The notes beneath the pieces were generated by a model. That model made no database searches. It was not told where the DNA came from and saw only the letters and a program-made list of their open reading frames with translations. 64,000 nt of DNA from Chrysomallon squamiferum (Eukaryota > Animalia > Mollusca): the NCBI GenBank assembly GCA_012295275.1, contig CM022671.1, positions 18,166,001 through 18,230,000 of the forward strand, in the 5' to 3' direction. The position numbers were made by a program, and so were the translations under genes. Shown one piece after another: positions 13,383-27,342 of this stretch; position 1 is the first letter of the stretch, and every line of letters begins with the position of its first letter.

Positions 13383-16300
13383 CTAAAACCAAATTAATTT
13401 GTATATTTAATACATTAAATTTTCATTTCTGAGCCACCCACAGAAATAAACAAATAACACAATGAAACAAACAAACAATAGCCCGTGGAATAAAAACAAA
13501 CAACCCAAAACATCCAAAAACTGTGTGTAAACCCCCCCAATAAAGATTATATGACTTTTGTTTTCAATGAAAAAAGTTTTAATTTAAAAAAAAAAAAAAA
13601 AAAAATGGCACCTGAAAACATCTGCTGAGTCAAAAATGGACGAAATCTGTGATCTATTGACCAAATTTTAATAAACATTTATAAGAGGCAAATGCTTGAA
13701 AATCATCACAAAGAGACAGAGACAGAGAAAGAAAAAAAGTCTAAAAATCATCAAACCATGGGAACCAGTGAAGCACGTGAGCAATGGATTTCCACTTTTG
13801 ACAAGAAACCATTGTTGTATTTGTCAGGGGCATAACAAAGGAAGAACATACAAACTGCTGTCACATGACACAAGCACCATGGGTCAAAGAGTCACATGGC
13901 AGGGGTGACAACTCTGCAGTCCACTCATTATACCTCTGATTTTCAGTTCCAGACAAAGCTGTGAAAAGTTTATTGTTCTTGCTTTTGATTCATCTGTGAC
14001 AGCAGGCAGGTGGAGAATCAGAATTCTGCTAATGATACTACAGTAATAAACTCTGACAAGCCACTTAAATATTGTCAGTTAGAAATATTAATATTTAAGT
14101 TCTGTAATGTAGGACAATACTGAATTTAATTTAGAAAGTATATGTAACTACTTTAGTAAAAGTTTACATATATTTTACATATATTTTCATGGAATTTTTA
14201 TTTATTTTTTTAATTATAATTGACATTAATCTTTGCTAATAACAAAGTATGACAATAAAATAACTAACTTTGAGGGAAGGATGTCTATGGCTCACCATTC
14301 TGTACTATTTCATTATTTAACTTTGTTTGAAGAAATGTAAAGAGCAATAACAACTGAGGAACCCATGTACATCAAATATATTTATTTAAATTTTTTTTTT
14401 TTAAGTCTGTTTGTTTTATAAACACACAATGTACATTACTCTTTTAGGAGAGGTTTTTGGGGCGTGTTTTTGTTGTTGTTGTTTGTTAATGACATTTCTT
14501 TTTGTGAGGTTTTAAAAAATGACAAAAATATTATATCGTCTTCATACTTTATCATTAGTAAAGGTTAATTATCAATTATTTTAAAATAGTTTGTACTGTT
14601 TATTACATTTTATTTCATTATTATTTTAATCTTTTTTATTATCATTGTTATACTTTATTAAGAGTGAAAGTTGACTGTAGTTTTTAAACCTTTTATTATT
14701 ATTTTATCATTTTATTACTGCCTGTTATACTTTATTAAAGGTAAACATCGATTTCTGTTTTTATGTTTTTTTAAATTTATTATAATTTAATATCATTTTA
14801 TTATCTTAAATTATTTTACTATTAGCAGACATTATTAAACTTATTTTCTATTTAATTACTTTCATCTTTTTACTTTTTTATTTATATTTCATCGATAGTT
14901 TATTTATCATTATATTATATAATTTTAAATTATTTTTTATTGTTTGATAACATTATGCTCATCAAATCTTTTATGAGTAGACTTTATTTTTATTCTTTCT
15001 ACATAATTATTTTATTTCCCTACAATTTATTATTTATATTACATTATATATATATATATATATATTATATATATTTGTTTATTTATTTATTTTTCAATTT
15101 ATTCATTTATTATTGGTTTATTTTATTTTATTTTATTTTATTTTATTTATTTTTTTTTTTTTTTTCATAATCTTACATTTCTCCAGAGTACATTTCATTC
15201 TATTAGTTCTAAGTAAGTGCTGTTTTTGTTTTCAACATTTTTACTGATTTTACTGATAATATACATCAACAAATACAGTCAGGTTTTTGTACTCGTAGGC
15301 AATAAATATATTTCACTAGAAGATTCATTTAATAGATAATGTCATATGGCATGTCTTTTTTCTTTAGATTATATGTCAGTGACTGAAAACCAGAGGACAT
15401 TAATGTTGTTTGTTTTGTTTGTTTTTCTGTTGTTTTTATTGGGTTTTGTTGTTGTTGTTGTTGTTGTTTATTTATTAACAGTATTGTTAAATTCATACAG
15501 CTGAAAAATCAATTCAACCTTAATTTGTTTTTTTTTGTTATTAATTTTGAAATGTATCCAAAATATAATTATTTCAGTTTGTGTGTGCATCTGTAGTTTC
15601 ATAGCTCTATTTTGGAAAAGAAGCTAACATAGAACATCTCAAATATATGTTTTTGTTGTTGTTTGTGCATCAACATTTTTGCATCTTTGTTTTTAAAAAG
15701 AAAATAACATGCAGCAAGATATTTTTATGACAACAAAACATCTTCAGGGAGCATGATACGGCAAGAAAGAAGTTCAAAGTCTGACAAGAAGCTAATGAGC
15801 TCTGGGCTAATTGAGATCAAGGCTCTTACTGTCCAAAAGACTTCCATTATCTCAAGAAGAATTGTTTTTTTAACAGAGGTATTTCTCTTTATGACATTCA
15901 GAAGTCTCAAGATTTTCAGATTTTGTATCTCTTAAACTTCTTGCTGTTGGGGTTTTTGAAAGAACGTCCAACAATATAACCAAAGCCTGTTCTTTTGGAG
16001 ATATATGGAATGATGTGTCTAAATTAATGAACACTTTACGACATAAGAGAATTTACAAAAATAACACTTGAGTGTGGAAGATCTGAGAGTGAAGCTGCTG
16101 AGAATTGGTGAAGAAAATGATTTAATGAAGGAAATTGTTTTCTTTTTATGTGTGTGAGGCCAAAAAAGCACAGAAAAATTTGAACAATTTGTAATGTAAA
16201 ATAATAACAACAACAAAAACAGTAATAAAAAGTATACAATAATAACTGGCCCAAAAACAACTAGTGATAACAATAGTAATAACAATAAAAACTATAACAA

Positions 16301-16632
16301 CAGTAATAATCATAATAATAACAAGGAGAATAATAGTTTATAGAATACTACTAAGGTTAAAATGTTTTAATTCATTTTGTTAATTTTACTTCAAAAACGT
16401 TTCACAATTCAAAATAAGACCACAAGCAGTTAAAATTTCTGACTATCCAGAATGCAACTTCACTTCTCTTTTTTTTTTTTTTTTTTTTTTTCCCCTCCTC
16501 TGTGGCTTTGACAGAAATAAATGATCACATCCTCCAAACCAGGAATTGTCACATTCCCAATTTGTAATACAAGGAAGTTGGCAGATAAAGCTGTAAAAGG
16601 TTAATATTTGATTTCGTCACACAAACACACAC

Positions 16633-16697
<65 letters not shown>

Positions 16698-18559
16698 CTT
16701 GCCAAGCTGTGGTTTAGGTCAATGAAAGTAAACAATAACCTTCGCCCAAGGAACAAACAGGCGTACACCTGATGTAATCGAAATCTTAATCCGAGATCAA
16801 GGTACACATAAAATCTCAGGTATTGGTGGCATGTTGCTTTTTCAAAGAAGAACAATAACCTTAAATGATTTCTTTTCTTTCTTTTTTTTTTACAAAAGAG
16901 GGAGAGGGAGGAAAAGGGGGAAGGGAGGATACTAAAATAAAAAGCAAAGAAATCCTGGATATTCGAACAAGTCTGATACTGTTTTAATGAACTCGGAGAC
17001 CTCGAGTTTGTTGCAGTTCATATTAGGTGGAAATGTTTATCTTCAGATGTTTACCTTTGTTAGAGAACAAACACAGAAGTCAACTGTGAGATACACTGAG
17101 AAATAGTTTACCTTCACACAACTTTCCTTTCCGGAAATTATAACTGTATTTATTGTATGATACAATGACACTCTGTGTTTTAGGTCTGTTTGGTAAATTT
17201 CATTTAGAAAATTATAAATAAATAAATAAATAAATAAATAAATGATTATGATGATGATAATAACAACACCAACAATAACAATAATAATGATAGTGATAAT
17301 ATTAATGATGGCAATGATAATAAAATACAAAAGATAAATTAAAATATAAAATATATTTTGAGTTATGATAACCATTAGGGAAATGATGATTACTTTTTTC
17401 ATCCATCAGCTGTTATTTATCCAATGACAACTGTAATAAGAATTTTGACAGTTCAGCAAAAACAGTAAAAATTGATATAGTGCTGTTGATACATAATCAA
17501 ATGGCACAAAATGAAACTGGAAAATGTCAAAAAAGCAAATAAAATTAAGGATACAGGTTGAGAATCCTTTATTTAAATTGCCTGGGATTGGATTTGTTTC
17601 AAATTCTGGAATATAATGAAACAGTCCAAGAACAGGATCTAAATCTAAATATGAATTCCATTTATGTTTCATGTAGAGCTTATACAAAGAGTCTGCAGGA
17701 TTTCTTATACAAAATATTTAATAATTTTGTACATGAAGTGAAGTTTCTGGATTCAAAACAGTCTGAAAACTGTTAGATATTACTGATTTTGCTGTTTAGA
17801 GGTTTTTTAAATTTCAGAATTTTATAATTTTCTTGAAAATATGTTGTAGTTATATTAAAAAAAAAAATAGACATCATTGTTGGAAAAAATCTTTCTTTAT
17901 ATTTTAATTTTTGTGTTATTTATTATAGAGAATGAATGAATAAAAATCTGAACTTTTTAAGAAAAGGAAAATCACATTTCTCTTTCTTGTTTTTCTCTCT
18001 TTCTTTTTTTTTTTTTTTTTTTTCTTTTTTGTTTGCTTTATTTTACTTCATATATGGAGTAATGTTTTAATTTTATTTGTTTAGTTTTTCTGTTTGTTTG
18101 GTTGTTTTGTAGTTTTATATTTATTGTTTGTTTTGTTTTGAAATCTTTCCATTATGGCTGAGCTTTTTAAATTTCTTTTAAAGTTTTTTTTTTAGGTGGT
18201 ATTTATATATCACTAACTTTAAAAAAAATTGTAACCATAACAATAAATAATTAACAACCATCACTTCTGTTTTAATTTTCTTTTTTATAGCTGTATTTAT
18301 TTATCACTAACTTTAAAACATTTAACAACCATCACATCTGTTTCTGCATACCGTGATAATTAACTTATTTACTTTTCTTTACCATCATTAGCCAAGCTTT
18401 TCAGACCATAATCAACACATCATTTAAAAACTTAAAACAGACAAAATGTCTACCTTGGGAGGTGGCAGACATGAGAACAAAGAGTGCCACCTGGTGATAA
18501 GTAGTTATATCAGGGTAGGTAATATTAGTTAACAGATTGTGTCAATATGTATCTAACAC

Positions 18560-18780
18560 CAGTATACTTTCTGTACAACCAGTTACCATTTGAGTATCAG
18601 ATAATATTGTAAGTTACATAATACAGCGAAACTTCATCTGTGAACAGAAACTAGTTAACATTTGCGGATAGGATAATATTACCAGTACAAGTTAGGTAAC
18701 AGACAGAATTTCATCTGTGAAGAACAACTAGTTTTACATTTGTGCATAAGATATATAACACATATATTAGGTAACAGTAT
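18560..18780 (+). repeat. ~80-bp imperfect tandem repeat (about 3 copies)
   Basis: TTCATCTGTGAA...AACTAGTT..ACATTTG...GATA repeated; TTAGGTAACAG twice. Confidence 0.7.
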
Positions 18781-20412
18781 CTGGGGAGGGTATGTTGTTA
18801 CATCACTAACTTTGATGTGTTGATTAGAATATAGTACGTTTTGTTATAACATGATGTCAGAATGTTGCAAAATAAACATACAATGACATTATTACTTATT
18901 ATTATAGTAATAAAAATCATACATTCCTGAACAAAAGTACTGTGGTACTACTAGTTTGTTATTGTAAAAATAATATTTTCACGAACAGAACTACTTTGAT
19001 TTACTATTAGTTGCTATGATAACCAAAGTAATATAAAATTAATATTTTACTTTTATGAAGAAATGTGATCAGAAAATACATTAATAATTATTTTAGAAGC
19101 AAAGTTTGTCTAAAAATAATATTGTGATTAATTTCATATTAACTGAAACATTTTAAAATACTATTTTAACCACAAGATGCATTAGTTATTAGTATAGAAA
19201 CCAAAGTATCATAAAATTATTTTATTTTTATGAAGAAATATACTAATATCCAAATATTATTTTAGTTTTAATTTTCATGGACAAATTTACATTGCTTATT
19301 ATTACAGAATTTGAGATAACTACTTTATTTGAATGAAAGATATGAAAGAAACAATAGTAAGAGTCTAAAAATAAAATACTTTACCAGAGTAAAACTATTG
19401 TTTTTTGTCTTGAAAAATTTGAAACTGAATCTGGATTAGAAAAAAAAGGTTTATATTGAAATCTTACTTTAAACAAATATTTATTATCAATTATCTTTAA
19501 ATTAAAACAAAACATTAATCTTAAACTGCCTACAAAAAAAAAAAAAAAAAAAATCCAAATTGATTATGAAAAAAAAAAACACATTACTCTTAGCAAAAAC
19601 AAACAAAAAACAATAATTTGTTAAATAAATTTTAAAAAGAGCGAGAAAGAATCTATAAAACTTTGGAAGACATTTATCTAAACCTTTATAGGCTTAATTT
19701 AACAAGGCTGTTATTTTATTGATTATGGTGAACTGACATCACTAGGAATGTTTTTTTTTTTATTAAACTCATTACTCTTAGATTTAATGATCAAAAATAT
19801 AAAAAACTTGGACATTAATAATCAAATTCTAATTAAAAGTAGCAAAAAAAAAAAAAAAAAAAAAAGATTAATAATTTCTAACACTGAAATAATTAATCTG
19901 GCTGCCACAAATACATAAATCATGATTAACTGTACAAATAATGAAACATATGCACACACCAAAAAAAATTAAAATAATAACAACAACAACAACAACAATA
20001 ATTGCAGAGAGAGAGAGAGAGAGGACCTTATAACTCTTGTGCAGAAACATAACCTTAAGAGGATTTTAATATTTAAAGAGTGTATATGATAATATCTGCA
20101 AGGTATGTAATATATTATTTAAATGATGTGAAAGCAAAAAAGTCAGTTGTGGTTTGCATGTACTTTACCAGAAATAAAGATGATACAATGTTCATATGAT
20201 ATCCACAAAGAATTCTGTAAGAAGTATTTTAAAATTTAAAAAGTCTGTATTTGCTTTGTAATACAAGATAAAATAGTTTGGCTTTCACAACATAAATAAA
20301 ATAAAAAAAAATAAAATAAATAATAAAAACCTACAAAATATAAATAAATAAAATAATATTTTCAAAATTTTAAAAATGTATTTTTAAGTTAATTCATATC
20401 TATATTCATTAA

Positions 20413-20443
<31 letters not shown>

Positions 20444-21459
20444 AGCATTCAGATATATAAAATTACAATGTTCAAAAGCTCTCATTTATAAAGTTAATCA
20501 GTTCAGCATTGCATTCATTAATATATAAAATTAAAATGCAAACATTTAAACCAAATAATTAATGTATACATTCTGAAGCAATATTTTACTGTTCTCAGTG
20601 AAATGAGTTCAAAATTTAGATCCTATGGTTGACTTTAAGAAAAAAAAAAAAAAAAAAAAATAAAATAAAATAAAATAAAATAAAATTTAAATAAAAAAAA
20701 AAAAAAATAAATTAAAAAAACTGAAAAATTAAATAAAATTAAATAAAACAATAAATTTTAATTTTATTTTTAAACAAAAATTTAAATTTTAAATTAAATA
20801 AATAAATAAATTAAACTGACAGTGTTTAGAAATAATTTAACTTTGAAAAGATTCCTTTCTTTCCTTTCTTTATTTAATTAATTGATTATTTTACTTAATT
20901 TATTTCTTTAAAGATGTCATCTTTAGCATGACAGAATTTCTAGGTTTTTTTTCTGAATGACACATTTGTTTGAGCTTACACATTTTGCAGTGCACCACAG
21001 CCATTTGGCTTTTATGTCTTTTTTGACAGTTAACATCACAATATAAATGAGTTCCTATATTTCATTAATAAATATCACATTACCTATTAGCCTGTTAATA
21101 AATCTATAGTCATAATAATAATAATAAATAAAATATTTAAAAAAAATTAAAAAAACATCTGCAATTCAAAATAAAACTATTATTTTATTTATTTTTTTAT
21201 ATATTTTTTTTCCCTTGTGGAATTTATTTTTGATTAATGTGTTGCCTGTCTAGATAAGCAAAATTTATGTTTGGTGAATTTGAAAGACAAAATGGCATGA
21301 AATCACATGAAAACAAGCAATTTATATTTTTGTTCTAGAAAGTAAAAATAATTGTTTTACAGATAATGTGCAGGTGAAACAAAGGGCACGATCATGGGAA
21401 AACAAGCAGAAATCAGTGCTCTTTGTTCAAAATCCTTAAACATCAACTACAGACATTAA

Positions 21460-21670
21460 TACCTAGATGCCACTAATATTCAAAAACCACTAATATCCAA
21501 ATATTGTTAATATTCAAATAGTACTAATAACCAAACACTACTAGTATCAAAATGCCAGTACTATCCAAATACCGCTGATACTGAAATATCACTAAAATTA
21601 AAATACCACTGATCGTATTGTCACTAACATCCAAACACCAGTAACACTGAAATACAGCTAATATCCACCA
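21460..21670 (+). repeat. Degenerate ~18-bp tandem repeat (ACTAATATCCAAATACC-like)
   Basis: Around ten imperfect units. Confidence 0.7.
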
Positions 21671-22949
21671 TTCATTTAAAATGTATACACAGAAAAAATA
21701 TAGCATTTGTTATAATTTTCGTATACATATTTAGCAATAATAATAATTTTTGGAAGTAAAAATAAAAGTAAAATCTTAAAAAATAAATAAATAAAATAAT
21801 AATTAAGTTAAAAAAAAAAAAAAAAAGAAAAAAAAAGAAAAAAAAAAAAAGAAAAAGGATTAACAAAAGATATGGTTAAAAAAAAATAATAATAAATTGA
21901 AATCATGATTCAGGAGACATTCTTGAAAATTAATTTCAAGTAATTTTGCCAAAGTCACAAAAAGAAATGAAAAAATAAGGGAAAAAAAAGAGAAGAAAAA
22001 TGCAAAAGAAAAATTGGTTTTCCTGTTTAATTATATCATGGAAGGATGGAGAAACTAATTTGATTGCTCCCAGCTTTAATGGATATTGAACATTTAAGAC
22101 CTGTAAGGGTTAAATCATTTGTAATTATTGATTGAATAGACTACGCTTAATCAGATTAAATAACAGTATCACAATATTAATTAGATTAAATAATAGTATT
22201 AATCAGTTTCCAGTTATATAAACATTAAGTTTAAAATAACAATAGGCCTGTTAGTTTTGGTACAATAAGCAACAGCTGAAAAAATAAATTAAAAAATTAA
22301 AAAAATGAATATTTGTAGATAATATATACTGAAAACACTTTTTATTTTCTGTACTCAATTCTGTACATGAAATAATTCTAAAATGATGATTCTGTTATTT
22401 TCTGTACCATTTTTTTTTTTTTTTTTTTAACACAGAGCACTAACCAAAAACACTAGCAGAGCAATTTTATTTTATTATTAGAAGAAGTAATGGTTGTTTG
22501 AATAAGCTTTTGTATTATATTTTCTTTACTACAAGCAAACATGAAAAAAACTACAAATATTAAATGTAGAGGTAATTTTCTGTATTGTATGTAACAGGTA
22601 GAAACATATTATTAACATGCAAGCATTTTATCTCAAACTACATTGTGCTTCATTCTTTTGTCTTGGCCATTTTTCATCCAGCTAATATTTTTATTTCTTG
22701 ATGGGTCAAAAAAAAAAAAAATAATAATAATAATAATAAATACGAGTATTTTTCTTCAGACTCAATTTGGCTAATATTTCGATATTCAGCTCTTTTTCTT
22801 GTATTTGTTATTTTGAACAGAAGACGTGGTAATAAGAAAAACAAGTAAAAAAAAAATAATAATAAATTAAAAAAATGTGCCCACTTTGCTTCAGATTAGA
22901 TCTGGCTAATTCATTTTTTTTTTTTTTTTTTTGGCTACAGATATTATTA

Positions 22950-23400
22950 ATGGCGTGCAAGACCCGAGGGGAGAAAGAAAGAGAGATTTGAGAGAGAAAT
23001 TACCGTGGGAACTCTAATCAGAAGTGATCCACTGAGTCACAGGACACCACAGCAGATGCACCATTTCAGATTGCAAAGTATCGATTTAAGCAATCTTGCA
23101 CTGATAACTGCAGCCGATGATGTGTGTGACTCAGCGGGCGGTGTGCACGTAGCCGCTGTCAGGCCTAATGCCTCTCATTAACGAGAAGTGAGAAAAGAAG
23201 CAGATTACTGCCACTTTGCACTTCACTTTTGATGACATCAAAGCTTTTCCAGCATCGTCGTCTAATTTCTGGGCAGCAGCGTAGTGTCTGTTACAAGGCT
23301 CTAATGATCATGTTGATCGATCAGTCCAAAAAAAAAAAAAGATTTTTACATCCGCCGAATGCTCTGGCATAGACATACAAAGCATTCTCAAGTTATCTGT
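22950..23400. promoter_or_regulatory. Candidate developmental enhancer in IPPK intron 6
   Basis: CpG-retaining complex island with Su(H)/CSL CGTGGGAA (23004-23011), AP-1 TGAGTCA (23033-23039), TGACTCAGC (23127-23135), TCF ACATCAAAG (23235-23243) and several TAAT cores. Confidence 0.6.
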
Positions 23401-23412
23401 CCACTGCTGTGT

Positions 23413-24085
23413 TGTTAGTATGTTAGAGAATTACTTTCAGGTAAGAGACGATCAGTGTTAGTATGTTACATTATTTGTCTAAAAAAGGTGTTATTGTTAG
23501 TATGTTAGTGAATGATGGATACAGCAGGATATGGATGTTAGTATGTTAGAGAATTACTTTCAGGTAAGAGACGATCACTGTTAGTATGTTACATTACTTA
23601 GTCTAAAAAAGGTGTTATTGTTAGTATGTTAGTGAATGATGGATAGAGCAGGAAATGGATGTTAGTATGTTAGAGAATTACTTTCAGGTAAGAGACGATC
23701 AGTGTTAGTACGTTATATTACTTTGTCCTACAAAGGTGTTATTGTTAGTATGTTAGTGAATGACTAATAGAGCAGGGTATGGATGTTAATATGTTAGATA
23801 ACTGAAATAAGACAGGACTAATGTTAGTATGTTAGAGAATTACTTTGACAGGACAGAAGATGAACATGTGTATGTTATATTACATTGACAAAGGGGGGAG
23901 TTAGAGTTAGTATGTTAGATTACCTTGAAAGAAGAAAGTGCAGGAAGATGACTGACAGAAAAGAGTGACGTTAGTATGTTTTATTATTTTTACAGTTGAG
24001 TGTTAGTATGTTAGAAGATTACTTTGATGGAAGAAATGATATGTTAGATTTCTTTGAAAGAAAAGCAGGTTAGCAGTAGTATGTA
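23413..24085 (+). repeat. Higher-order minisatellite: ~41-bp subunits anchored on TGTTAGTATGTTA, arranged as three ~123-124-bp trimers, then decaying monomers
   Basis: Trimer starts at 23413, 23536 and 23660 (partial at 23784) with near-identical spacers such as GAGAATTACTTTCAGGTAAGAGACGATCA. Confidence 0.92.
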
Positions 24086-26362
24086 AAACGTCAACTGTCA
24101 CATCACATATCAGAACATGAGACTGGCTGGTCATTTATCTTCTCAGTTATTTGTGAGAAAGTGCCTTTACCGAGATTTGATCATCATATCTACCAGCCAT
24201 CAGACTGAAAGCTACGCATGAGTGTAACTGGGGCCATAAAAACCGTGATAATTGTAACAAGATGCAGGACCACGTGAGTTAAATTAGTGCCAGAGAAAGT
24301 CAGTTAAATTTCCTATCATAGTTGCTACACTAGTTTTAAACGAACTATGAGGAAACAGCCTATTTTGTAGTGTCAGATTTACAAAGAATATCACAATGCA
24401 GTATTACTCAATGAGCAATAGCAAAGAAATAGGTTAAATGTAACTTCATATTATTGTTGCATCAGATTATTTTGGGTGTCACAAACTGAAATAGAAATTT
24501 GTGGGATTATGACATTTGGCAGTAAATTTGTAAATGATTATTGAATATTATTTTATTGTTTGCTGTTGTTTTTTTTTTTACTTAGAACAGTTATCAGTTT
24601 TATTTCAACTTTACTATATATATATACATGTATATATATATATAAATTCTTAAGATTTTTATTTTAAACCTTCAAAATGGAATTTCACCGCTCTGTAAAA
24701 GTATTTAACTTCATTACAAATTGACATAATCTAAAATTTAAACTGATAAGTAATGATACTGACATATTAAAAAAAATATTTTCTTCTTTTGAAATTTATA
24801 GTTAAACAAAAGAATAATCAGCCAAGAACTTTTAACCTTTCTTTAAGCAACTAACTTTAAGACAGTGCAGTGTTTTCTGCACATCTGAAATGTCAGAACC
24901 GAGACTCCATTATGACACAATCAAGGCTAGGTGTAAACCCTGTTCAAAGCTACAGCAGAAATAGATGGTATCATACTGGTTAGATGAAAACATGCTATGT
25001 TACAGAGGTGTTATACTGTAAACTCAATGTACTGTTTAGAGCAAGTCAAAATGATTACCACACTGTATCAGTGACTTAAGCCTAGTACAGACATCAAGAG
25101 GGGTTGAGTAAAGAAGATTGCAAAATATTTCCTCCTTTTCACCTCACTCCTCCCCATCTGCACTGAAGCAGAGATCATCTCATAACACCCTCCTCCCTGA
25201 TTACACTTAAAGCAGAGACAGCTAATTCACGACCACTCCCTGTTTGCACTCAGGTACAGTCTCTGGGAACCAACACTTGTTAATACTGAAAACTTCAGAG
25301 ATCAAGGATGTCAAATAATTTAGTTTTATTTTTCTTATTATTCAGAATGAAACAAAGGCCTGATTCTCAAACACTGAAAACTGCACCTCCTGTTGTCACA
25401 CCGTCTGCACTACACCTACTGTGCTGACAGCATCGTGCACAGCAACTCCCACAGTGTCAACAAATGTTCAGACTTTCGTCCTGCTTTGGTCAAATGATGA
25501 ATGATCACTGTAAGACGGAAAACAAAATTTTCATTTGGCAGCAGAGACAAAAACTTCAGTCTGCTGGTGATGTCAAGATTCACAAATAACAAAAGAAGAA
25601 AGGGAAAAAGGAAAACAATGGTAAAAAAAAAAAAAAAAAAAATAAAAAAAAATATGAATGACAATGCAATTATCAACCAGTTTGATCATGTTGTCTTTTG
25701 CTTTAAGGTTCTTTGTGTTATAAAGAACAATATTGACAAGATGGTGTAGGCAAATAAATCAAACTGTGACTGAGTAAATACGTGTGCTGTAGCACACAAT
25801 ATGCTGCACACCACTCCCTGTACGCTAGCAACACAAATAAGCTATTTATTTTAAAATTATACCACCAAAACCAACAAATGTGATATTTTTTAAACACGCT
25901 GAACACATTCAGAGTAATGTATAAGTATTTTTTGTGAAAGCTTCAAAAATAACACTACAAACATTTTCAAAGTAATGTATAAATACTTCTTTCCGAAAGC
26001 TTGTGAAAATAAAGAGTATGAATGTTTTCAGAGTAGTATATCAAAATAAAGTTTTCTCAAAAAGACTTCCAAAAGAAATATTACCTCCTGAAAAACAATT
26101 AGAAAAGCCTACAAAAAACTCCTCAGTGCATGTTTTTAAGTTCAAAACCCCAATCTATAAATTTAATGGATATTTTCCTAAAGTCTAAAATCAATTTCTT
26201 TGTAATTAGAAATAACAGTCTTTCTTTCTTTTTTTCTTCTTCTTATTTATTTCTTTTCAAATACTAACATTTTGTTGGGGGGGGTCTTTTTAAATTTTAA
26301 AAAGCCCAAAAATGAAATGAAGAATACCTGCCTTTACATACATACTGATATTGCTGTCATTT

Positions 26363-26364
<2 letters not shown>

Positions 26365-26437
<73 letters not shown>
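26365..26437 (+). repeat. (ATT)n microsatellite
   Basis: Perfect trinucleotide run; many other AAT/ATT runs (e.g. ~4313-4435, 6182-6230). Confidence 0.95.
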
Positions 26438-26439
<2 letters not shown>

Positions 26440-27305
26440 ACATGAAATAATTTAAAAGAAAATGTTTTTCTTGCTTCTTTTTTTTCTTTTTTTAAATCTT
26501 TTTTTTCTCATTCTCAACAACAAAATATTTCATGAAAACTGAAAATAATATACTGAATAGGTTTTACAAATTCATATAAGTGAAAAAAATAAATTAAATT
26601 TTACTAATAAAGAATACTTTAAATAAAAAAAATAATAATGCCTTGACTTTGAAATTAACAGGATTATAGATTTCTTCAACTATACAAATTACAACAAAAA
26701 ATAATATTAATAAAATTAAAAAAAATAAAAAAATAAAAAAATTGAAATAGAGGATGATAAGAAAAGAAAAGAATAAAATGGAATGATGACAAAAAAGGAA
26801 AAAATGACAGCAAACATTAAATATTTAATTTAAGATTTGTCATTTTTAAAAATTAAAAAAAGAAAAGAAAATTAATTTTAAAAAAATTAAGCTTTGACAT
26901 GTAAATAATATGATTACAGAAATATTTTCCGAGATCAAATGAAAATTTAAAATTTTAAAAAATAAAAAAAAATTTAAAAAATAAAAATAATGAACAAACA
27001 AAAAATACCAGGTGTAATAAGGCATCATGCTGGAATGCTTTTAACACAGATAAACAGATACATTTTTTCTGTAAATAAAATTATTTTAATTTAAAAAAAT
27101 AATAAAAATACTAAAAATTTTAAAAATGAAGAACAAAAAAAAAAAGAGAGTGAAATTTCACAATGAATGTAATAATTTTACAAAGATAATAAAATTTTGT
27201 AACTTTCCGTTGATGAATTTTTATAAAACTAAAGGAAAAAATATCAGAGTAGATTTTAAAATTAATCTGAATTTGAATAAATAAAAAAGAAAAAGAATCA
27301 AGCTC

Positions 27306-27342
<37 letters not shown>

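Noticed and set aside
23413-24085. CRISPR-like look (constant repeat plus variable spacers)
   Set aside because: Anchor is only 13 nt, spacers recur in triplets, the context is a eukaryotic intron, and no cas genes are present.
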